Source: Pseudoalteromonas translucida KMM 520 (GTDB taxonomy: Bacteria; Pseudomonadota; Gammaproteobacteria; Enterobacterales; Alteromonadaceae). Taken from it: a stretch of 32,000 nt of DNA. Each line of letters begins with the position of its first letter. Position 1 is the stretch's first letter. Shown here in pieces: positions 26,891 to 32,000 of this stretch. Under the pieces are notes generated by a model. It searched no databases. It saw nothing but the letters and a program-made list of their open reading frames with translations, and was not told where the DNA came from. Where the stretch lies: contig NZ_CP011035.1 of the NCBI RefSeq assembly GCF_001465295.1, positions 150,001-182,000 on the forward strand, in the 5' to 3' direction. The translations under genes and the position numbers were made by a program.

Positions 26891-28204
26891 TTGTTTGGTT
26901 GTAACTTACTTAAGTTGAGATTAATTTGTCAGACGCAATTTGCCGGACGCTCACTGAACGATAATCAAGTGGTTGCAGTCGTTGGGCTAGGGTATGTCGG
27001 GTATCCGCTTGCAATAGCATTTGGTCAGCATATCCAAACAGTAGGTTTTGACATAAACGAAACTAGAATCTCTGAATTACATGAAAGTAATGATCGCACC
27101 AATGAAAGCGATATTAAGTTAGTTGAAAGTGCTGAGCATTTAACTTTGTCTAATGATCTAGAGTGTATTCGAAGAGCGAATATATATATTGTCACTACAC
27201 CTACTCCAGTTGATAAGGCATACCAACCAGAGTTAAGTGCGGTATTGAATGCTGCAAAGATGGTTGGCTCTGTGATTTCAACTAACGATATTGTTGTCCT
27301 AGAATCTACAGTATATCCTGGTGTTACAGAGGGAGTGTTTGCTTCTGAAATTGAAAAAACAAGTGGATTGCTTGCAAATATTGACTTTCAGCTAGGGTAC
27401 AGTCCTGAGCGGATTAATCCAGGAGATGAGCTTCATTGCTTACAACATATAGTAAAGGTTGTTTCTGCCACAAATACATCTACTTTAGAAATATTATCTC
27501 AATTATATGAACTTATAGTTCCTGCTGGAGTGTTGAAAGCTGAGTCAATAAGAACAGCTGAGTTATCTAAGTTAATAGAAAACACCCAGCGTGATGTTAA
27601 TATTGCATTTATAAACGAAATGTATCAGCTATCGGACAAGCTGAAATTAGATTTTAACAAGGTATTAGAATGCGCCAGTAGTAAGTGGAATTTTCTAGAC
27701 TTTAAACCTGGGTTAGTTGGTGGACACTGCGTTGCTGTTGATCCGTATTACTTAATTCATTCTCAGGTTATGAATGGAGTTGCACCTCGTATAACAAATA
27801 CAGCACGGCAAGTTAACGGGGATATGGTTACTTACGTTGCAAATACATTTTTGAAAAAGTTAATTAGGGCTGGCCTTTCACTACCTTCCACAAGAATATT
27901 AATCTTGGGTGTGAGTTTTAAACCCAACTGCCCTGACGTTAGAAACTCTAAACATTTTGAAGTTATAAGAGAATTGATAGATTTTGGAGCAAAGCCACTT
28001 ATTTACGACCCAGTTGTTAAGTGGGAAGATACCCAAAACTGCATTGTTGAAGAACAAATGCCTACAGGCCCTTTTGATGCGATATTGTTGCTTGTACCTC
28101 ATGATGAAATTGTTCGCGATTTACTACTCAAGGGGGCCTCTCTGATACATGAAAACACCATCTTCTTCTCTTTAGACTCACAATATACAGATTTACTAAA
28201 ATGA
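26891..28204 (+). CDS. nucleotide-sugar 6-dehydrogenase (UDP-GlcNAc/ManNAc/GalNAc dehydrogenase type, TviB/WbpO/WecC-like); native start removed by the IS66 insertion
   Basis: Rossmann VAVVGLGYVGYPLAIAF, catalytic-Cys block GGHCVAVDPYYL and the ELSKLIENTQRDVNIAF block. The first 21 codons of the track ORF (TTG 26891) are IS66 end sequence. The ancestral start is ATG 24541, leaving ATG-AAC-GAT left of the IS. At the right junction the equivalent codon is CTG (26954-26956). The next in-frame GTG is at 26969. Confidence 0.85.
   Translation: MFGCNLLKLRLICQTQFAGRSLNDNQVVAVVGLGYVGYPLAIAFGQHIQTVGFDINETRISELHESNDRTNESDIKLVESAEHLTLSNDLECIRRANIYIVTTPTPVDKAYQPELSAVLNAAKMVGSVISTNDIVVLESTVYPGVTEGVFASEIEKTSGLLANIDFQLGYSPERINPGDELHCLQHIVKVVSATNTSTLEILSQLYELIVPAGVLKAESIRTAELSKLIENTQRDVNIAFINEMYQLSDKLKLDFNKVLECASSKWNFLDFKPGLVGGHCVAVDPYYLIHSQVMNGVAPRITNTARQVNGDMVTYVANTFLKKLIRAGLSLPSTRILILGVSFKPNCPDVRNSKHFEVIRELIDFGAKPLIYDPVVKWEDTQNCIVEEQMPTGPFDAILLLVPHDEIVRDLLLKGASLIHENTIFFSLDSQYTDLLK
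26931..26954. repeat. IS66 terminal inverted repeat (tnpA-proximal end)
   Basis: The reverse complement matches 24550-24573 (see the mobile_element entry). Confidence 0.8.
26955..26962. repeat. target-site duplication, right copy (TGAACGAT)
   Basis: Identical to 24542-24549. Confidence 0.9.
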
Positions 28205-29043
28205 CTATAGAATTAACAGAATATAATAAATTCATCTCTATGGCCTCAATTGTTGGGGATTCCCTAGGTAATAAAAATGCTATTGATTTTGTCACTAGCT
28301 TCCTTGAAGGTTTAGGCTTCGATATTCGGATTTCAAATACTAAACATACAGCTCAGCCAACAATAATAGCGCACTATTCAGGACGATTATGTGATAAAAA
28401 AATAGTCATTTATGGTCATTATGATGTTGCACTAGTGAAAAGTGAGAATAATTGGCTCAGTGAAAACCCATTCTTATTAAAACGTATCAACGGTCGTATT
28501 TATGGACGAGGAATAGCCGATAACAAGGGGCCTCTGTTATCCCGGATGCTCGCTATGAAATCATTAATATCATCGAAAAAAGCAATCCCTGAAATTATGT
28601 GGTTAATTCAAGGTGAGGAAGAAATTATGCATGGGAATAGAGTTGCCTATGATATTTTTAAGCATGAGATAAGTTCATTTGGTGCAAATACTTACATTGA
28701 GGAAACAGGATTTAATAATTTAGATACAGGATCTCAAATTGCATTTCTATGGTCGCCTTCTCTGACTGATTTACAGTTATCTTCGTGGCATGATTTACTA
28801 AATCACAGCTTGGATAATCCGAATATCGAATATCGTCATCTAAATAAGCTAAATGGAATCAAAGCTTGTCCTCTTCTAGCCAATTTGCCCAAAGACTCTG
28901 TTTATATCGGTTTTGGTCCTAATGATCGCTTGCATAATATCCATCAAGACAATGAATCATTAGATGAGAGTAATCTTTTAAAGCACCAAAAACAATTTGA
29001 AAATTTTTTAGCAAATTATGCGTCGTATAGCCATGCAGTCTAA
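28201..29043 (+). CDS. M20-family metallohydrolase-like protein (ArgE/DapE/ACY1 type), short form apparently lacking the lid/dimerisation domain
   Basis: IYGHYDVA...W...PF...NGRIYGRGIADNKGP, IQGEEEI and C-terminal LHNIHQDNESLD correspond to the M20 metal-ligand blocks. It is only 280 aa. ATGA overlap with the upstream gene at 28201-28204. Confidence 0.65.
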   Translation: MTIELTEYNKFISMASIVGDSLGNKNAIDFVTSFLEGLGFDIRISNTKHTAQPTIIAHYSGRLCDKKIVIYGHYDVALVKSENNWLSENPFLLKRINGRIYGRGIADNKGPLLSRMLAMKSLISSKKAIPEIMWLIQGEEEIMHGNRVAYDIFKHEISSFGANTYIEETGFNNLDTGSQIAFLWSPSLTDLQLSSWHDLLNHSLDNPNIEYRHLNKLNGIKACPLLANLPKDSVYIGFGPNDRLHNIHQDNESLDESNLLKHQKQFENFLANYASYSHAV

Positions 29044-30280
29044 CAACATCATTAACGTGGTATTGGCCAGTGCTGATATAGATGTGGCAAACAGTCTGTT
29101 GAAAAGCATGCATCAAGCGTTACCTAGTTTTGAGATTAAAGCGTCCATCTTATTATTTGGTATAACAGAACCAAGAAAAATTTATCAGTTTTGTCGTCCA
29201 GTTGAAATAATAGATATAGTTACGTACTACCCACCTATTGTGGATAGTCGAAATATCTGCCAAGCACACCTTCGTCGTAAAATGAACGAATTTGGGGGAA
29301 TAGGATTTATACTTGATGATGATTTATCTTGGACACTACCTGAAAATGAATTTATTACTGTGCTTGAAAAATTGAAAAAAGCGGGCTGTGATATGGCTTT
29401 TAGTGCGCTATCAGGTGATTCACCTATCCCAAAGGAATATACTCGAACAAGCCCCTTACTCGATGTTTTGATAGCCATTGCAGTCCAATGTAATGACTCT
29501 AAGGCTATGAAAATAAAAGAGTATGTTACAAAGGTAGATATATCGAAAAAAAGCGAAAGTAATATTAATACTCATCATGACTTTTATACTTTTACCCATA
29601 AAGAATTTCATAAATATGATGTGGATATAGCAACTATCAATTGGCATGATTTCATCGATCGATTAGTAAAGGGTAAATCTACAACCCGAACTACACCAAC
29701 ACCAATTACAATAATGCCAGCAAAAGGAAGAGAGCGGGGTGGTGCAACACTTATACTAAATGTTGATGTATTACTTTGTAAAAATGATTCAATGCGCTAT
29801 TTGAATTTATATAGTCGCCGCAGTGATATGATTATGGCAACGGATGCTGCGAATTATAACTTTAAACTATTTAATACCCCGCCTATGTTAAAACACCTTA
29901 GAGATGAAGCATTTGATACCCATGACAGTAAAAAGTTAATAGGCGATATCCTTGGGTATGCACTTGTTGAATCTAAAGAAGGAGCTAATTTTTGCGCGAA
30001 AAAATTTGCGAAAAACGTATCTCAACGAATTGAACATACAAAATTTTTACTTATGGAATCATCAAAAATGATGGAGTTACTAGATGTATGGTTAAAAAAT
30101 AACAATTATATTGAATTGGATGTAAGTAGCTTGGTTAAATCCATGATTGCAGAAAATGAGAAAACTTACTTAGCGCTTACATCCATTGACTTAGGAGTTG
30201 TTAATCAGTCTTTCAACACATTTATTTATAATAGAATTAACTATTTAAAGTCTGATGAAAGTACTGAGCTAGCTTGTTAG
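29033..30280 (+). CDS. hypothetical protein; N-terminal region has GT-A-like features (beta-strand start plus DxD), C-terminal ~250 aa unknown
   Basis: The start INVVLASADID... and GFILDDDLSW about 100 aa in resemble a GT-A glycosyltransferase DxD core. This is weak, by-eye evidence. ATG 29033 or ATG 29018 overlaps the upstream TAA (29041-29043). Confidence 0.5.
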   Translation: MQSNNIINVVLASADIDVANSLLKSMHQALPSFEIKASILLFGITEPRKIYQFCRPVEIIDIVTYYPPIVDSRNICQAHLRRKMNEFGGIGFILDDDLSWTLPENEFITVLEKLKKAGCDMAFSALSGDSPIPKEYTRTSPLLDVLIAIAVQCNDSKAMKIKEYVTKVDISKKSESNINTHHDFYTFTHKEFHKYDVDIATINWHDFIDRLVKGKSTTRTTPTPITIMPAKGRERGGATLILNVDVLLCKNDSMRYLNLYSRRSDMIMATDAANYNFKLFNTPPMLKHLRDEAFDTHDSKKLIGDILGYALVESKEGANFCAKKFAKNVSQRIEHTKFLLMESSKMMELLDVWLKNNNYIELDVSSLVKSMIAENEKTYLALTSIDLGVVNQSFNTFIYNRINYLKSDESTELAC

Positions 30281-30402
30281 TATTTCGTTCCTCAGAATAA
30301 ATGCCTTTTAGGGATCATTAAGCTGCATTCTAGGCCTTAAAGTGACTTATTGGTCACTTTAACTACCGTCGGTTATATCAAAAAAGTTAAGTGTTTTTTT
30401 AC

Positions 30403-30489
30403 TTAATCTACTTTCTTAGCTTGTTTAATAAGTTTAATTAGAATTATCGTCAACACAGCAGCTGGTAATAGCCATATAAAATCACTCAT
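30403..30489 (-). CDS. candidate small hydrophobic protein, 28 aa (MSDFIWLLPAAVLTIILIKLIKQAKKVD)
   Basis: ATG preceded by GAGGG with a 6-nt spacer (minus strand: attGAGGGttagaaATG). One predicted TM helix and a Lys-rich tail. Too short for the ORF track. There is no homology evidence. Confidence 0.3.
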   Translation of the reverse strand: MSDFIWLLPAAVLTIILIKLIKQAKKVD

Positions 30490-30633
30490 TTCTAACCCTC
30501 AATATTTGGAATAATACTCCAACCTTAATGTTTTTGGTGTGTTTTGCAAATTTAAGTCGTTTATCTATTACCTTTCAATTTTTCTCCTGACTTATGCCTA
30601 GTTAGCTTTAGGACAAATTAACTAGGAAAAATC

Positions 30634-31026
30634 ATGAAAGATCAAAAATCACCGTTTATACGCCAATATGTACGCGCTAGTAAATCCCCCTGGGAGGATG
30701 CTTCCACCATTTTGCTATTAGCTGATGTTGTTGATAAGCAAGAACTTGAACTGGGCTTCACCAATTACATTTATTTACACCGAGATAGCGTGGGGTGTGT
30801 GCTGGGTATTAGTATTTCTCAACAGTTACTAGCTGCTAATCCTGAGTTCTCAGAGCGGTATTTGGAGGGTATTGAGATGTATGCCTTTTTACTCATACAC
30901 ATTGAAGGCATAACAAACTTCTGCAGTTTATTTACTGCAGAATTTGAGCAACTATTTATGCTAAAACCAAATGAGTATTTTGCAGCTGCAGAACGCCATT
31001 GGTTAGATATACTAGAGAATACCTAA
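30634..31026 (+). CDS. hypothetical protein (130 aa)
   Basis: ATG preceded by AGGAAAAATC. Clean ORF followed 8 nt later by a strong terminator. No domain recognised. Confidence 0.55.
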   Translation: MKDQKSPFIRQYVRASKSPWEDASTILLLADVVDKQELELGFTNYIYLHRDSVGCVLGISISQQLLAANPEFSERYLEGIEMYAFLLIHIEGITNFCSLFTAEFEQLFMLKPNEYFAAAERHWLDILENT

Positions 31027-31034
31027 AAACCTTT

Positions 31035-31060
31035 AGCGAACCACGTGGTTCGCTTTTTTA
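31035..31060 (+). terminator. rho-independent terminator (agcgaaccac/gtggttcgct plus TTTTTT)
   Basis: Perfect 20-bp palindrome followed by a T6 run, immediately after the stop of 30634..31026. Confidence 0.8.
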
Positions 31061-31331
31061 TTTCCCTGCGACGCTACTAGTTATATGTATAGAGCCAAAA
31101 ATAAGTTACACACTGCATGTTCATTACTCCAAAAAATTGCACCGAGCCTGGCGCTAAACAGGCTTACCTACCTGAAGAGCCTTTGTGGTGATTCACTGCA
31201 TTTAAATGAATATTCATACTCTGTATGACGTACAGGGTTATGTAGGGAGAAAACAATATAGCGATTGTTTTGGCGGCAGGGCCCGAATGCGCGGTCTTAG
31301 TTACCTAATGTAGACAGGTTAAAAATAAAAA

Positions 31332-31358
31332 GGAGTGAATAATATTCACTCCTTTTTT
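31332..31358 (+). terminator. orphan rho-independent terminator (ggagtgaat-aat-attcactcc plus TTTTTT, A-run upstream)
   Basis: 9-bp stem, extendable through the flanking A/T runs, with a T6 tail. No CDS of 60 aa or more ends upstream of it within about 270 nt. Confidence 0.55.
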
Positions 31359-31673
31359 ACATTCAAATTTTATCGTTTTGATATTCTATGCGAAATATCA
31401 ACAATGCCTCTTAGTTGTGCATACCTAATTAAAATAGGTCACATACATAAGAGATATTATGAAAATAAACGAGTAAAATGGCAGTTCGGGGTGATAGTTC
31501 GAACACTCTCAGATGCGTGCTCCATAAGCGGCTACACATTTGCGTTATCGGGTTGGCTTCATTACAAAAAGGTCTGTGATATACCATTAATTACAGATAT
31601 GGCAGCTAACTCGTATGTGCTATTGATTTTAGCGTGTTACGCAAGCCATTTGACACTGGATATTATTGCGTAG
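31335..31673 (+). CDS. doubtful ORF (112 aa in the track); if real it probably starts further downstream (for example GTG 31491), small hydrophobic protein
   Basis: For: the ORF is open, and a plus-oriented terminator lies 24 nt downstream. Against: the track start lies inside the 31332-31358 terminator hairpin, no candidate start has an SD, and the composition is odd. Confidence 0.25.
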   Translation: MNNIHSFFTFKFYRFDILCEISTMPLSCAYLIKIGHIHKRYYENKRVKWQFGVIVRTLSDACSISGYTFALSGWLHYKKVCDIPLITDMAANSYVLLILACYASHLTLDIIA

Positions 31674-31696
31674 TGGTCTAATCGCCATTAACTTCT

Positions 31697-31723
31697 AGAG
31701 CATCATTTTGATGCTCTTTTTTA
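31697..31723 (+). terminator. rho-independent terminator (agagcatc-atttt-gatgctct plus TTTTTT)
   Basis: 8-bp stem followed by a T-run on the plus strand. It lies between the convergent 31335..31673(+) ORF and the partial minus-strand ORF. Confidence 0.55.
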
Positions 31724-31999
31724 TGAATAGAATAGGGCGGTAATTTCATCGCAAAATTTTGTGCGATACACAATCGCAGATTGTAATAACGCAGCATCTT
31801 TGTGAGTCATGAATGGTTGTTGGGTTCTCTTATTTATGCGCTCTGGGAGCTCTGTCAGTAACTGGGTGTGTAATCTTTTTATATCATCAAATATTTGCGT
31901 AGATTGTGAAAATATAAATACCTGTTGGTAATGGCCCGCTTTAAGTGAGGCGAGGTATTTGAGCAGGATAGTCTGACGCGTCGATTTATTTTTAAATGA
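31721..31999 (-). CDS. hypothetical protein, 5'-truncated by the window edge (C-terminal 92 aa only)
   Basis: The minus-strand frame is open from the window end (SFKNKSTRQTILLKYLASLKAGHYQQ...CDEITALFYS) to stop TAA (tta at 31721-31723). It is absent from the track because there is no in-window Met-initiated ORF of 60 aa or more. Confidence 0.4.
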   Translation of the reverse strand, partial: SFKNKSTRQTILLKYLASLKAGHYQQVFIFSQSTQIFDDIKRLHTQLLTELPERINKRTQQPFMTHKDAALLQSAIVYRTKFCDEITALFYS

Positions 32000-32000
32000 G

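Larger units (their letters stand above)
24550..26954 (-). mobile_element. complete IS66-family insertion sequence (2405 bp; tnpA-tnpB-tnpC)
   Basis: Imperfect terminal inverted repeats: GTAAGCGTCTGAGCAAATGCGTCT at 24550-24573, versus the reverse complement of 26931-26954, GTGAGCGTCCGGCAAATTGCGTCT. Three typical ORFs are present and a perfect 8-bp TSD flanks the element. Confidence 0.92.

Noticed and set aside
26875-26954. A possible outward-facing promoter in the tnpA-proximal IS66 end that could drive the three downstream operon genes.
   Set aside because: I could not find a -35/-10 pair with acceptable spacing reading toward 26955. I left this as an experimental question rather than a claim.
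20652-29647. Antisense or overlapping short ORFs inside the island and the IS. Coordinates: 20652..20882, 21120..21422, 21575..21772, 25076..25342, 25517..25801, 25557..25856, 27899..28102, 28919..29116, 29227..29478, 29456..29647.
   Set aside because: They are shadow ORFs opposite well-supported genes in AT-rich DNA. None has an RBS or a recognisable motif.
1-32000. CRISPR arrays, rRNA genes, prophage modules and toxin-antitoxin pairs.
   Set aside because: There are no regularly spaced direct repeats, no rRNA-like conserved stretches, no phage structural or integrase genes, and no small two-gene TA-like cassette. The heptamer at 4131-4165 is a simple tandem repeat without spacers.

Overview
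This looks like a chromosomal segment of an AT-rich marine gammaproteobacterium. Gene order and protein sequences suggest Alteromonadales/Pseudoalteromonas, but that is an inference I cannot verify.

Nt 1-19067 is mostly ordinary core genome. The minus strand carries the conserved block ndk-rlmN-pilF/W-rodZ-ispG-hisS-yfgM-bamB-der. Flanking it are DUF885, DUF4202 and thioredoxin-like genes, an alpha/beta-hydrolase lipoprotein, a U32 (YegQ/TrhP-like) gene and a LysR regulator.

The accessory part follows a roughly 1 kb AT-rich non-coding region (19068-20083). It is an eight-gene plus-strand operon (20084-30280) in which every gene junction overlaps:
- LOG/TIGR00725-like protein
- unknown 322-aa protein
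- CE4 deacetylase
- arylamine-N-acetyltransferase-like Cys-His-Asp enzyme
- AsnB-like amidotransferase
- UDP-HexNAc-type 6-dehydrogenase
- lid-less M20 hydrolase
- unknown 420-aa protein with a DxD motif

The operon is visibly lower in GC than its flanks. It has no export, polymerase or integrase genes in the window.

A complete 2405-bp IS66-family element (24550-26954, minus orientation) splits the operon. It has imperfect GTAAGCG-type terminal inverted repeats and a perfect 8-bp target duplication (TGAACGAT). It sits exactly after codon 3 of the dehydrogenase gene.

I read the operon as a candidate uncharacterised pathway for a modified hexuronamide or aminosugar-acid conjugate, either a glycan decoration or a nucleoside-type small molecule. 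That reading is inference only.

Smaller observations:
- a (TACCTAG)n heptamer repeat at the der stop codon
- a PilF/W TPR lipoprotein fused to two LysM domains
- paired direct repeats and a LysR-box-like dyad in the long leader region
- a 28-aa hydrophobic ORF with a strong Shine-Dalgarno (SD) sequence
- an orphan terminator that may mark an sRNA

I saw no rRNA, tRNA or CRISPR array.
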